NCBI RefSeq assembly: GCF_963921235.1
Contig: NC_086108.1
Span: 99,512,001-99,576,000 of the forward strand
Length of the DNA stretch: 64,000 bases
From: Mobula hypostoma
Lineage: Eukaryota
Direction of reading: 5' to 3'
The translations under genes and the position numbers were made by a program. The first letter of the stretch is position 1; each line of letters starts with the position of its first letter. The notes under the pieces are model-generated. The model saw only the letters and a list, made by a program, of their open reading frames with translations, ran no database searches and was not told the DNA's origin. Below are positions 11,384-25,274 of the stretch, in pieces.

Positions 11384-14300
11384 CGCCTCTTCCTAGAGAA
11401 GTGAGCATGGCCTGGATTGTGGGAGTCCTTGATGATGGATGCTGCTTTCTTGTGACAGCGCTCCTTGTAAATGTGCTCAATAGTGGGAAGGGTTTTTCCT
11501 GTGATGGACTGGGCTGTATCCATCACGTTCTGTAGAATTTTCCAGTCCTGGGAATTGGTGTTTCCATAGAGTATTAGTTTTGAGCATTGGCTTACAAGTG
11601 GTAAGACACAGAGAGTGTTCATTGTTACATTATAGCATGACACACGTTAGTCAATGCAGCACAGTGTAATCTGTATCACAGATACTGCACATAAAGCAAA
11701 TGACTCTACTTACAATAGAATTTGGCATTTTATACAAGCTACATAATTTAATCAATACCTGGGAGACTGTCAAAGGAGGCTTGAGATTACATTTACAACC
11801 TCCTTCAGCCTCCCTTGTGGATGGCAACACTGTTTAAAGAGTGGATATAGTGACAATCCTCTATCCAGGCAGAGTGGAGATATTTGGGTAATTCCCCTGA
11901 TGACCACACTGTTGTAATTGATTTAGATTGACTTCATTTGCATAATTTGCATGTGAATGTCCTCCACACACTGCCTTTTTTTGGGAAATCTCCCTTATTT
12001 TTACAGGAAAGGATTTGTCATTTCTGCATTCCTTCAAATACACTTTCTGTGTAATTTTGTCTTCTGATGTGCAATAAACACTTTGCTGTTTGATGTAAAC
12101 CCCGCCCCACCTTCCATTACAGCTGACTATTTATGGAGTTGTTTAAATACCCATGCTTCTCTCAACTACCTCTCCTCCAGTTATCAAGGAAACGGGGAGA
12201 GCAGGCAGAATGAAATTTTAATGTCCAAATTTGTGATGGGCATCAGTCAATATTTTAGAGACAATATACATTATAATTAGTGGGCTAGCAGATAAAGTTT
12301 TGGTGTTTACTTTCATAGAATCAATGACTTATTAAGGCACCCAGTATAGAAAAATGCCCTTTAGTCTACTGAGCCCACACTAATCCTAAACAGACACACA
12401 CACACATTTCCACTAATTCTATATTAATCCTCTTTTTTAATATTCCCTATGCTTTCTTCACTCCCACCCCCACCACTCTGTTCCTCTGTCCACACTCGTT
12501 GCCTCAGTAAAGCAGCTAACATAATTAAAGACCCACCCCAGCTGAACAGATCTCTCTTCTCCTCCACCTCTCACTGGGCAGGAGATACAGAAGCATGGAA
12601 GCACGTACGATCAGGCCCAAGGACAGATTCTATCCCACTGTATGATAAGATGGACTCTCGACATCACAATCCATCTTGTTATGGTATATACTCCGGTTCA
12701 TAACTGTAATGTTTTATTTTGCAATCCATTATTGTTTTACCCCAAAATACTGATGTGATGAATTGATCTGTGTGGGTGACATGCAGAACAACTTGTCACA
12801 GTGCCTTGGAACAAGTGACAATAAATGAATTTAGTACCAGTTTCAGCAATTGTCAACACGTGGGATGCTTTCCAGTTGTCAGTTACCCTAGCAGTCTGTA
12901 GGTCTTGGGATACTGTATGGAAGGAAGAGACCGTGTTGGTCATTGGCACCGGTGACATATTTCACTGTATGTTTTAATGTACATGGGGCAATTGCCGTTG
13001 CTGTCTGTGAAGAGTTTGCACATTCTCCACTTGACGGCATGCCTTACCTCTTGATTCACTTAATATCAGAGAATGTATAGAGTATACAGCCTGAAACTCG
13101 TACTCTTCACAGACATCCACGAAACAAGAAACCCCATAGAATGAACGATAGAAACATCGAAGCCCGAAGCCCCTCCTCCCCTCTCCCTTAACACAAGCAG
13201 CAGCGAAAACATCGACCCTCCTCCTCCCCAACCTGCCCCATCAGAAGCATCAGATCTCCCATACTCCCCTGCTCCAACATCCAAGCAACAGCGGAAGCCC
13301 CCCCCAAAACGTCCTTGACTTAGAGTCCATATAAACTACAGTCCGCAAACCAGCTCTTCAGTACCTGAGACTGGTTTTCTCTCTCCAGTGAGGGAAAGAG
13401 AGGTCACTCCAGAATCAACGAGAGTGGAGAGCAGCAGATTGCTGTTCCAATGTTACAATCATCCATGTCGCTTCTGCAGGACCCCTGTCTCGAGGACCAA
13501 CAGGCTCTCATTCACCATCGAAAGGGGTGGGGGGGGGGGATTGTTTGAGTACAGGAGCCGTCCTCTGACAGCAGCCAGCGATCAGCAAACACACCACCTG
13601 CTGTCTCGGTGTTCCAGTCTCCCACGACGCTTCAGACAGCAAAACTGGTGAGGAACAGGGCCATCCACAACTTCCAACCTCCCAGACATTCCCAGTCCCA
13701 CGCCCAGTCTTCCAAGCTGTACCTGGAGATAGTGAAGCAGTAGGCCGCACACTCGGTCCAAAATTCTGCCGCTGTGGAGAACCATAGTTTGAACTGTAGA
13801 TCACCGACAGAACCACAGCCACCTTGAAAAGAAAAGAAAGACACATAAGAGAAGAGAAATGAGAAGTCGGCTGAATCCGCTGGTGCCATATTTCCTCACT
13901 CTTTCCTCAAGTTTCTTCCTATATTCTGAAAAAAAGATGTAAGTAAGTTGTGGGCATGCTATGTTGGTGCTGGAAGCAGGGCAACACCCATGGGTTTCCT
14001 TCAGCACTGTCCTCAGACTGTTTTGGTCATTGACACAAATATTGTTTTTCACTGTATGTTTTGATGTACATGTGGAAAAAAAAGCGCGCATCTTTATCTG
14101 AAAGAAACACAGGAAATATGCAAGCACCACAGAAAAGTCACCTGAATTTGGGATTGGATCAGGTTTTCTAGTACTGTGAGGTAGTGGTTCTACTATCTAC
14201 ACCACTGTGCCATCCCAGGTTTGTTGTAAATTCTCTTCTCTCAGGACCATCACCTTGTCATGGTGCAGAGGCCTGTGAGTTTTTGAGATCATGAGAGCAA

Positions 14301-14608
14301 ATGCCACCTGAGGTTTAGCTCCTGATAGGGTCACATATGGCCATAAGGTCAAAGGGAGAGGTTCCAGACAAAGAACAGTCCAACCGAGACTTCAGTGGTG
14401 GGGCTGGTGGAAGGTGATGAACCAGCACAATGGCAATGAAGGTGGTAGAAGGCTACAGCAGTGAAGGGTCCCCAGTCATCTTGCATTTCATTGCACTGGA
14501 CCCTGACCCTGATCCCGTGCATCAACCTCCCCATATTGAACAAAGTCATGCACTGGCATTCTCCATTAGGGGAATCGACCCTAACATCTAGGACACATCC
14601 CTTTAGGA

Positions 14609-14688
14609 CAGGGATTCCCAACCATGGGTCCATGGACCCCTCAGTTAATGGTCAGGGTCCATGACATAAAACAGGTTAGGAACCCCTG
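14609..14688. mobile_element. hAT (Charlie-like) MITE
   Basis: TIRs CAGGGATTCCCAACC / GGTTAGGAACCCCTG with perfect 8-bp TSD CTTTAGGA (14601-14608, 14689-14696). Confidence 0.85.
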
Positions 14689-14719
14689 CTTTAGGAGAAC
14701 ATCATACTTGACTTGAGTG

Positions 14720-15001
14720 ATAGTAGTCATAGTCATACTTTATTGATCCCAGGAGGAAATTGGTTTTCGTTATCGTTGCACCATAAATAATAAATAGTAA
14801 TAGAACTATAAATAGTTAAACAGTAATATGTAAGTTATGCCAGTAAATTATGAAATAAGTCCAGGACCAGCCTATTGGCTCAGGGTGTCTGACCCTCCAA
14901 GGGAGGAGTTGTAAAGTTTGATGGCCATAGGCAGGAATGACTTCCTATGACGTTCTGTGCTGCATCTCGGTGGAATGAGTCTCTGGCTGAATGTACTCCT
15001 G
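14720..15001 (-). mobile_element. Rex1/Babar LINE 3' end
   Basis: Reverse complement matches the 3' end of 32657-33610, including the (TATGAC)n tail. Confidence 0.8.
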
Positions 15002-16030
15002 TAGATCTGCAGATCCTGAATGTACTCACACTACTACTACTGTCAATGTTAATTCTAACTCCTTAATTATTTTTGATTAATTCCAGTCCAAGTTTGGGAT
15101 TCTTAACGCTTCAGTATTTTGAAAATTATACACATGGCTATTATGCGACTGATAGCAACAGTGAACAACCAGATTCCGTGCAGTGCCTATTTTTCCACTG
15201 AACTCAAAAACAATGCCCCAAACTAATAAAAGTGCACCTTTGTTTAACCATCTACATTTATTTTTGAAAAGTAGCTGCTGATAAACGATGTTTTTATCCT
15301 AATTCTTTTCACTTACACTCAGCACTCAAGTAATGGATGAAGATTAGCATATGACATGACAGATTACATTAAGTCGTGTCACTGCAGTACTTTATGCTGG
15401 CAGAATAACATGAGCTTCTTACCACTGGCACACTATGACATGCAAATCACAGTCTCCGTTATTTTAAATTACCAGCTGACATGGCAGCCTGATGTGATTA
15501 TTTGTCATCCTACAAGCTTCCCAGGCATCGGATAGAATGTCCTCCTGAAAGGTTCATAGGCAATATTGGTGTGCTCTTGTATGACACTTCAAAGGTTGAG
15601 AACAACGTCTGAGTGAAGGTTCTTGTGACTCAAAATGGATAACTTTACTCACCTCAACACGGAACTGAGTCCACAATCTATGCACTCCCTATCAAGGACT
15701 CTACAACTCATATATTCACTGTTATTTATTACTTATTTATTTATTGTGATTATTTTTTATATTTGCATAGTTTGTCTTCTTTTGCACGCTGTCTGTCCAT
15801 CTTTGTGAGTAATTTTTCATTGATTCAATTGTGTTTCTTTGTATCTACTGTGAATGGCTGCAAGAAAATAAATCTCAGAGTAGTACAGTATATGGAGACA
15901 TAGCTGCACTTTGATAATAAATTTACTTTGAGCTTTCTTTCAAGTCCTTCAAGAGGACCACAACCTTGTTGTAGTTTGGAGGACTCTGTGCCTCAGTGAC
16001 CCGAAGAACTTTGCTGGCTTGAGTCAGGGC

Positions 16031-16144
16031 ATCAATCACAGACAAGAGGAAATCTGCAGATGCTGAAAATCTGAACAACACACACACACACACAAAATGC
16101 TGCCCGGCCTGCTGAGTTCCTCCAGCATTGTGTGTGTTGCTCGA
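16031..16144. mobile_element. mini fold-back PLE terminus
   Basis: CAACACACA..AAAATGCTG followed by inverted CAGCATTGTGTGTGTTGC; 9-bp TSD AGTCAGGGC at 16022-16030 and 16145-16153. Confidence 0.7.
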
Positions 16145-16268
16145 AGTCAGGGCTTTATGCTTTGGCTCTTGGTAGGGTCACCCAAGCCAAGCAGGTCAAA
16201 GGGTAGAAGCCAGACTGAGAGTGGTCCACCAGTCCTCCAGGTTTGGGGATTCAGCTCAGGGCTAACAA

Positions 16269-16575
16269 GTGTGGCACGTGGGCAAGTGGTTAGGGCGTTG
16301 GACTAGCGATCTGAAGGTCGTGAGTTCGAGCCCCAGCTGAGGTAACGTGTTGTGTCCTTGAGCAAGGCACTTAATCACACACTGCTCCAGTCCACCCAGC
16401 TGAAAATGGGTACCAGGGAAAAATGCTGGGGGCTAACCTTGTGATAGACTGGTGTCCTATCTGGGGGGGGGGCACGGTGGGAGTCTTGCACTCTCAGTCA
16501 CTTCACACCACGGAGACCAGCATAAGCACCGGCCTGATGAGCCTATAAGGCTCGGGACAGACTTTAAATTTAATT
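16269..16575 (+). mobile_element. tRNA-derived SINE with CORE-like domain
   Basis: A box TGGGCAAGTGG, B box GTTCGAGCC, then GTGTCCTTGAGCAAGGCACTTAA. Confidence 0.7.
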
Positions 16576-18366
16576 TTTCAGGGTTAACAACCATGACTGG
16601 TCAAATAAAACTGTTATAGAAATAGCAATGAAGAAACCTTCTACATCTGAATGCCATGGTATTCCTGAGACTCTATCTGGGACTTGCATGACAGTAGTGA
16701 AAACTAATTGGAAGCTACTGACATGATGAAGGAAGCCCTGAACCCTGCCAGTGACGGAGGACCTTCACGGCTGCCCTAAACACCAGCGGAGTAATGGACA
16801 ATAAGTAAGTTTCTTTTAATTCATCAGAAATAGGAACAGGTTTAGTTCATTTATCTTCTCCGTATCTGCCTGAATCTTCATCAAGATCCTGGCTAATCTT
16901 TTATCTCAGTCCTATTTTCCTATACTATATCCTAACCCCTGATTCCCTTAATATCTGGACATCTATTGTTCAGTGTTTTGAATGAACTCAGTAAGTCTCT
17001 GCAATCCTCCAGGGTAGATAATTGGAAAGATACATCACACTGAGTCAAAAGATTTTTCCTCATCTCAATCCTAAGGACCAACCTTTTGTTTTGAGATTGT
17101 GATTTGACAGGCTCCACTGTAGTGTGACGCTCTTGCAGCTTGGCGTTTTGGAGTTTGGCATTCAGCTCTGATGCCATCTGTAAGGATGTATGTTCTCCTT
17201 GTGGTACATGTGGGTTTCCTACCACAATCCAAAGACGTACCAATTAGGTTAATTGATCCTTGTAAATTGTCCTGTGATTAGGCCTGTACTCTTGCTGAGC
17301 CGGAAGGGCCTGTTCCATGCTGTATCTCTTAATAAGTAATTTCTTGGTTCTTCAACCGGGGAAATGTCTTCCCTGTGTATAATACGTCAAGCCATGTCAG
17401 AATTTTGTAAGTTTCAAAGAGATGTGTCCTTCTAAACTCCAGGGAATACAAAGAAACGTGCCCTCTATTAGCTGTGACGTGACTGTAGGCACAACTGAAC
17501 TCATAATTACTCATAATAACTCTTAACATTGACAATGTTAAGGCAAATTATGCACAAGAGTTGCTCAGTCAATTTCCTGATGGATGGAACTTCACCCACC
17601 CATAATTGGCAATGAATGACTTGGGATACATTTCTTTCGTACTTTGAACATCAAAATGGCAGTCAATTTATCCTCTATCCTATTATCTGTTGGTAGGGGG
17701 AAGGATGTGAAGTAATGGTCGAGTTTTAAAGGGTATGCTTGAAGACTAGTCTTGAGGGGTTATACATGCAAACACTTGAAGAGTGGCAGGATAAGTTAGC
17801 AAGGTTGTTTCTATAAAAAAAATCAAAAATGATCCTTTTAAATAGAAATTTAAAACAGAACAACAAGGAAGTTGAGTTAAATTTTTATCAGACGCAGGTT
17901 TGGCTTAAGTTGGAATATTGGATGGAGTTTTGTTTGGAAATGCAAATGGTCCCACATGGATCTTCTGGCATTCCTTTGAGAGAGTACAAATGAGTTAAAG
18001 ACACAAGCACAACTGTGTAAGTCTTGAACCCGTTGGCTGCTTTATGCTATGAATTCCGTCATTTGATTCCAATGCAGAGTTTAGTGATAGGTCATGAGGT
18101 TGAGGTATTTCCCTAATGTAAATCCTGGAGAGTATGTCCAATAAACCTTTAATAGCTTAGGTCTAATGAAGCAATAATGTTTTCAAATGTGAATTTCTTG
18201 GGAATGTTTTTAGTTTGGTTTATTCTTTGAAATATATAAGAATTAAAAAAGAAGTTTTGTGTTGTTTGAATTTACTAATTGAAGTATTTTGAATGTCAAA
18301 GGTGTTCAGAAACATTTACTGCTTTTGGAAAGTTTAACAGTTAACTAAACTGGAGATGTGGCTTCA

Positions 18367-18685
18367 CAAACACAAGAAAATCTGCAGATGCTGGAAATCC
18401 AAAGCAAAACACATACAATGCTGGAAGAACTCAGCAGGTCAGGCAGTATTATGGAAAAGAGTAAACAGTTGATGTATCGGGCCAAGACCCTTCATCAGGA
18501 CTGGAAAGAAAGAGGACAAGTCAGAGTAAGAAGGTGTAGGGAGGGGAGGAAGAAGTACAAGGAGGTAGGTGATAGATGAAACTGGGAGATGAGGAGGGGG
18601 TGAAGTAAAGAGCTGGGAAGTTGATTAGTGAAAGAGATAAAGGGCTGGAGAAGGGGAAATCTGATAGGAGAGAACAGAGGACCAT
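18367..18685 (-). mobile_element. older PLE 3' fragment with degenerate hammerhead (18466-18503)
   Basis: Reverse complement is CAGTC-CTGATGA-AGGGTCTTGGCCC-GATA-CATC-AACTG; purine-rich UTR like the 9563 family. Confidence 0.7.
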
Positions 18686-19139
18686 GGAGCTTAGCACTCT
18701 TCAAAATTTTCTCAGCAGCTCCATGGGTATGGCTTGATCTGCCTTCTTCCATCATGCTCCCATCAACCATCATCATACACATGGTATTTCTTAACGCATC
18801 AGCACCAGGGATCCTTGCACGCCATCATTCTTCAAAATTAGCTTGACAAATAAGAGCAAGCTGTCCAAGTGGTCCTGGTGAGGTTAAGCTTGAAGCTTTT
18901 TTTGCAGTGGCTGGTGACAGAAGAAACTTTTCACTAATTGGAATATTCAATCCAACATATTCATTCTTGGGAAAGAGTATTGAGACTTCACTATGTGTAA
19001 AGTTTGCTGCCAGGAATAGGAGCTTCAGTTACATTGAGACTCTGGAAAAGGTAATGTTATTCCTGGAAGAGACTGAGAAAGTTCACAAAGTTATGAACTG
19101 TTCTGATAGAATAGGGTGCAATGCTAAGGTTTTATTAGG

Positions 19140-20222
19140 CATTGGTCATATGCACTAGGGGAGTTTTGTGAGCAGTTTTGGGCACCTTATTTAAGCTATG
19201 CTGGGATCGAAGAAGCCCAGATGGGAAGGAAAGGGTTAATTAGTGGTCACTCTAAATAGCTCCGATTTTATTTTAAATTTAGTCATTGTGTTTTTAGTAA
19301 TTGTCAGTATGCTGTTTTGCACTGAATAGCATAGCACTGCAATCTCATTGTCCTCAGCAATGACAATTAGGCTCTAACTAACTAATTAACTAATATATGA
19401 AGAAGATTTGATGGCTCTAGCCTGGTATTTTTTGGGGTTCAGAAGAATGGGGGGGGGCGATCTCATTGAAACCCATTGCTATTGAAAGACCCAGATAGAG
19501 AGAACTTGCAAAGAATGTTTCTTGTATACCATAAACATTGGTGTGGAATTAGGCAATTCAACCCATTGAGTCTGCTCCGCCATTTCATCATGGCTTATCC
19601 ATTTCCCTCTCAGCCCCATTCTCCTGCTTTCTTACTGTAACCTTTCATGGCCTGATTATCAAGAATCTATCAGCCCCTGCTTTAAATACATGCAATGACC
19701 TGGACTCCACAGCTGCCTGTGGCAACGAATCCCACAGATTCACCGCTCTCTAGCTGAAGAGATTCCTCCTCTTCTCTGTTCTAAATAGACATCACTCTCT
19801 TCTGAGGTTGTGCCCTCTGGTCCTAGACTCACCCACTACAGGAAGCATCCTCTCCACCTCCACTCTATTTAGGCCCTCAACACTTGATACCTTTCAATGA
19901 GATCCAATAGAGGGGGAGTCCAAGACTAGAGGACACAGCCTCAGAACACACGGATGTCCCTTTAGAACAGAGATGAGAGGAATTTCTTGAGCCAGAGTAT
20001 GGTGAGTCTGTGGAATTCATTGCCACAGATGGCAGTGGAGGCCAAGTCAATGGGTATATTTAAAGTGGGGTTCGATAAGCTCCTGATTAGGAAGAAGGTC
20101 AAAGGTTATGAGGAGAAGACAGGAGAATAGGATTGGATGGGATAAAAATCAACCATGATGGGGTGATGGAGCAGATTTGATAGGCTGAATGGCCTAATTC
20201 TGCTTCTTTGTCTTATGGTCTA
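19140..20222 (+). mobile_element. CR1 3' fragment containing a nested minus-strand CR1 (about 19527-19905)
   Basis: CR1 ORF2 C-terminal motifs and TCTTATGGTCT tail. Confidence 0.7.
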
Positions 20223-21629
20223 ATAAGTAACAAAAAATGTTCTCCGTTGCAGAAGGATTCCAGATAATATATATTTAAACTGGTTGGCAAGAGAACCGTA
20301 AGAACATTTGGAATATGCACACTGAGAGTTGAAAAAAGATTCAAATGCAACTATCAGAAAGGAATTGGATAAATACTTGAAGGAAAATGAAAACTTCAAG
20401 GCAGTGGTGAAAAAGCACAGGAGCTCCTGCAAACATTGCTTCAGGCACAGTGGGCTGACGAACCTCCCTCTACATTATACTGTCCTGTGAGTCTAATGTC
20501 AAGTCAAGATCTTAGATACTCAATGCAGTGTTTACACATAGAATACACAAAGATGGATAATAGCTGTCATAATTCGTGGTCACTAAGCCAACAGTGTGAG
20601 TTAATGAACCATATCACTGTGGTTTATTGGATAAATCAATCAAACATTGTATTTCTATTACACCACATAGATAGAGTGATCAAAATTGTGTTCCGTATGG
20701 TTTTGGTGTTTGTCATGGGCCAAATTAAAGGAAAGTTTTGTCACTGTGATAGAAAAATATTGTCGCTGGATCTGTTCTGCAGCTGTCTCTGACTGAGCTC
20801 AGCATCCTCTGGCAGTTTACCAGTTGCTATAAGAAGTGAATCTTGAGGGCCACATATATTGGAGTCTAGTAATTATGATGTTCTGTGATTATCTCGTAGT
20901 ACTGCGAGTAATAGGCAATTAATATTATCAGAAAACAGATGTCTAGGTGCTTTGTAATAATAACAGCCAACACAAGCAGACTTACCACCATCCAGGCCCT
21001 GCTGTCTTCTCACTGCTGCCATTAGGACGAAGGTACAGGAGTCTTAGGTCCAACGCGACCAGGTTCAGCAGCAGTTATTACCCTTCAACCAACAGCCTCC
21101 TAAACCAGCGTAGATAATTTCACTCACCTCAGCTCTGAACTGATTCCACACCCTGGAGACTCACTTTCAAGGACTCTACAACTCATGTTCTCGGTGTTAT
21201 TTATTTACCAAGTACTTATTATTATTATTATTATTATTATGTGTTTATTTTGCATTTGCACAGTTTGTCTTCTTTCACACATTGGTTGTTTGTCATTTTT
21301 TGTTTGTGTGTAGTTTTTCATTGGCTCAATTCTATTTCTTTGTATTTACTGTGCATGCCTGCAAGAAAATTAATCTCAGGGTCAGGTATGATGACATGCA
21401 TGTACTTTGGTAATCAATTTACTTTGAATTTCGCTAGGCTGCCCCTCCTCCTGATGTAACACTGTCAAATTGTCTCCAAGGAGTGGAGTTTCTCTATTCG
21501 CTTCCCTCAGCATTTGTCTTTACTGAGAATTAATCGGCATTGTTTTTGCAGTTCTTGCTCCCTCACAGTGCCATTGTAAGCATTATTCGTGTGCAGGTGA
21601 TGCAGCAACATTGTGCAATTCAACAGAAC

Positions 21630-22320
21630 TGTCTGGCCTGTACTGACTGGAGTTTAGAAGAATGGGGGGCGGGGGGGGGGGCGGTCTCATTGAATCCTAT
21701 CGAATATTGAAAGACCTGAGAATGAGAAAGTTTACAGAGTTCTGATGGAACAGGATGTCAAGCTCAGGCTTTCTAAGGCATTAGTCATATGCCTTATATT
21801 GTGAGCACTTTTGGGCCCTATACCTAAGGAAGGATGAGCAGGGATTGGAGATAGTCCAGAGCAGGTTCACAAGAATGATCCTGGGAATGAAAGGGTTAAT
21901 TTTTAAGGAATTATTTGATGGCTCTGGGCTAGCACTCTCTGGAGTTTAGAAAAATGAGGGGGATCTCATTGAAACCTATTGAATATTGAAAGGCCTGATA
22001 GAGTGGATGCAGAGAGGATGGTTCCAACAGTGGGGAGTCTAGGGCCAGGGGGCACAGCCTCAGAATACAAGGACGCCTCTTTAGAACAGGTGTAAGGAGG
22101 AGTTTCTTGAGCCAGAAGGTGGCAAATTTGTGGAGTTTATTGTCATAAGGTATATTTAAAGTGGAGGTAGATAGATTCTGAATTAGGAAGACTATCAAAA
22201 GTTATGGAGAGAAGGCAGGAAAATCAGGTTGGGAGGGAAAGTAAATCAGCCATGATTAAATGGTGGAGTAGACTTGATTTGCTGAATGGTGCAATCCTGT
22301 TTTATGTACTTAATCTAATG
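21630..22320 (+). mobile_element. CR1 3' fragments
   Basis: CTGGAGTTTAGAAGAATG...GGATCTCATTGAAACC motif twice, then CR1 3' UTR. Confidence 0.75.
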
Positions 22321-23277
22321 GACATATAAAAATTGCATATAAAAATTCTTGGTTGATGTAGCAATGGATTAAACAAAAACCTATTGGAGTCATCTTGCTT
22401 TTCTCTGTGTGTGCAGATGTACTTTCCTCTTTTCCTATCAGCACAAGAGACAGCGGCTAATGTAATATATTAATAATGTGGATGTTAAAAAACAATCTTG
22501 ATTAGACACAGAGCCCAAGCATGGCTCCAATAAAGCCACATGGAGTGAATTACCACCGGCTCCCAGTGTGGAAAGTGATGTGAAACCAGTCCATGGACTG
22601 GTTGAATAAGTGATGTTGAACGCTTGTCCAGCATTAGTTGGCAGTCTCTTTAATTTTTATGCTACCCGCTCAACAGTCGGGAATCAAACCAGAATTTTCC
22701 AATTGTTCCAGCTTTAAGTCTAATGAGAATCATAAAACAAATGGTCATAAACCACTGCAGGAGTGATCCGTGCATGTGGTACAAAGATGGAAAGATCTGA
22801 CAATGTTCCAGAAAGAAAACAGTGTATTGACTCAAATTTTGGCAGTAAATGCTTAGTCGTGTAATGTTTCAGGAATCATAAAGGTTGACAATATGTCCCT
22901 GCTCAATACATTACATATTTCTAAGGTGATGTATAATAGAATACAGCAATTTCTAATCTTCGTCTTAATGACTTTAGCATTAGGTACCGATTGCATGATG
23001 TGTTCAGACTTTTGGACCTTGTGTGAATTTAACAATCCTTTCTTTTTCAGTGGTGTATTTGCTCTTCATTGTTCACAAGTTTTTTTCAAAGGTCACTGTA
23101 CCATCATGGCTCCTTTGCTCTTTGGAGCCTGGAGTGTTTACCACAGAATCCAAATCTCAGCAACGGATTCCTTCCTTCTCCCTTTGGTCATGGAAGAGCT
23201 TGTTCCAGTCTGCTTCACAGCAGCTGTCCTCCTCAGACTTCTGGCCACTTCCCCTGACGCCCACAGATTTTCCAGAG

Positions 23278-23343
23278 TAAGGGTTCCCAAACTTTATTAT
23301 GCCATGGACCCCTACCTTTAGCCAAGGGGCCCATAGACCCCTG
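23278..23343. mobile_element. hAT MITE (deleted)
   Basis: GGGTTCCCAAAC...GACCCCTG; 8-bp TSD TTCCAGAG / TTCTAGAG. Confidence 0.6.
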
Positions 23344-25274
23344 TTCTAGAGGATGCAAAGCTTGCAATTCTCAGTATCTGGACATCTGAGTATCTCATTC
23401 GGGGACCCTTGCAAGCTTAAGATTATACTTCCCCAAGACCCCGGAATTCGGAATTTGTTTGATGTGACCATTCCAGCCAAATCTTGACCTATAATTTCAG
23501 AGTTCAAAGTAAATTTTATTATCAAAGTACATATATGTCGCCATATACAACCCTGAGATTCAAGTTCTTGTGGGCATACTTAACAAATCTGTAGAATAAT
23601 AACTGTAACAGAATTAATGAAAGACCACCCAACTAGGGTGTTCAGAGTGCAGAAGACAACAAACTGTGCAAATACAAATATAAATAAATAAACAATCATC
23701 TGAGTGATGGGGCTGCAGGACTCAATATTTGTTAATTATTATTTTTATTATTTACAAATACTGCACGAAACAGGCCCTTCTGGCCCACTGAGCTGTGCTG
23801 TCCAGCGTCCCACTGATTTAACTCTAGCCTAATCACAAGGCAATTAACTTACGAACTGGCACATCTTTGGGCTGTGGGAAGAAACTGGAGCACGCAGGGA
23901 AAACCTATTTGGACACGAGAAGAGGGTAGAAACTTCCCTATAGAGGATGCCGGAAATAAACTCTGAACTCTAACGCCCTGAGCTGTAATAGTGTTGCGGT
24001 GACCACGGTGCTACCATTTGCTGCCATGTCTTGCCAACTTATTCCAAGAACTGCACGCAGACAGCTGAAATGGAAGGTATTTAGCATACCTGCTGGTTAT
24101 GAGTTACCCATGCTTCCAATGCATGCGAAAGGGTGGATAAAACACATTCCATAGATTTGGAGTTTTGCTTCAGCTTGGAGTTTGGTGTTGATCCAGCTTT
24201 TGTGTTGCGGTGTCTTTTCTAACTCAGCACCTTCCTCCTTCCTATAATTCCCTTCATGCTTGCTATTGTCAAAAAATATATAATTGCCCGGCATGGGGGA
24301 TTGACCTAATCTCCCGCCCAACCACTGACACAGTCAGGAACTCTCAGACATGTAATACTCTAAGCACTTCAACTAAGTGTCCAAAGGAGATCTGGCATCA
24401 CGTGACTGAAAATAAAGTTCAGTGGAGAAACACAGAGGTGCTGGAAGAGCTCAGTGGGTCAGGCAGCATCTATGGAAGGAAATGAACAGTCAATGTTTCA
24501 GGTCAAACTTCTTCACGTGATTCCCAGGATTTAGGATTCAGATCTATTTTCCCATGTATATGGGAGCATACAGTGAAATACATCATTTGTGTTAACAGCT
24601 ATCACACCCAAGGATGTGGTTGGGGACAGCCAGCAAATGTCACCATGCAATCACAATGCTCAGCAGAACAACACAGAGCAGCAAAAGTTCAAAGTTCAAA
24701 GTACATTTTATTATCAAAGTACAAAATGTTACCATATACAACTCTGAGATTCGTTTTCCTGTGGGCATACTCAGCAAACTATAGAATAGTAGATATAACA
24801 GGATCAACCAGAGTGCAGAAAAGAACAAACTGTGCAAATGCAAATATAAATAATATGAACATGAAATAATACGATAAAGAGTCCTTAAGGTGAGATAATT
24901 GTTTGTAGGAACATCTCAATGAATGGGCAAGTGAGTGCAGTTATCCCTTTTGTTCAAGAGCCTGATGGTTGTGGAGTATTAACTGTTCTTGAACTTGGTG
25001 GTGTGAGTCCTGAGGCTCTTGTGCCTTCTAGATCATGGCAGCACAGAACACAACAAATGACGAAACAACATCAGCAAAACAATTCCTCACTCCTACCCAC
25101 ACACATGCATAGTCTTTCAATGGCAGGACAGGCCATCTTCGGCCTCCAGCAGACATGATCTCACAGACATTGAAACATTTCCAGGGAATTCAGGACTTTG
25201 AGCCTTGACTTCCAGACTTCTGATCGACCTTTGGGCTTTGATCTTCAATATTGATATCAGGATTCACCAAACAT

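Larger units (their letters stand above)
9563..11395. mobile_element. Penelope-like element (Neptune-like), head-to-head inverted dimer of 5'-truncated copies
   Basis: Arms 9648-10514 and 10529-11395 (867 bp each) are reverse complements around a 14-nt spacer. Each encodes a GIY-YIG domain preceded by a Cys-rich linker (PCKRNKCYTC). 14-bp TSD GAGAAGTGAGCATG at 9548-9561 and 11396-11409. Confidence 0.92.
9175..11570 (-). mobile_element. Rex1/Babar-like LINE 3' fragment interrupted by the PLE palindrome
   Basis: Reading frame KKAASIIKDSHNPGHAHFS (right of 11396) continues as HAHFSLLPSGRKYRSLR (left of 9561) across the TSD. Confidence 0.75.
14245..15042 (+). mobile_element. non-autonomous RTE/Expander-like element (RTE-type 5' end, CTA tail) with nested MITE and Rex fragment
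   Basis: Starts CACCTTGTCATGGTG...GAGG; related copies at about 15955-16805 and 34785-35795. Confidence 0.5.

Noticed and set aside
14245..14340. HDV-like ribozyme at the RTE-type 5' end
   Set aside because: I could not build the double pseudoknot by eye, and the copies are too decayed.
16530..16560. CTGATGAGCCTATAAGGCTCGG as a hammerhead
   Set aside because: There is no GAAA box or stem III; it is a SINE tail hairpin.
22893..23321. 142-aa hydrophobic ORF as a host exon
   Set aside because: No recognisable domain, it runs into a hAT MITE, and there is no convincing splice-site pair.
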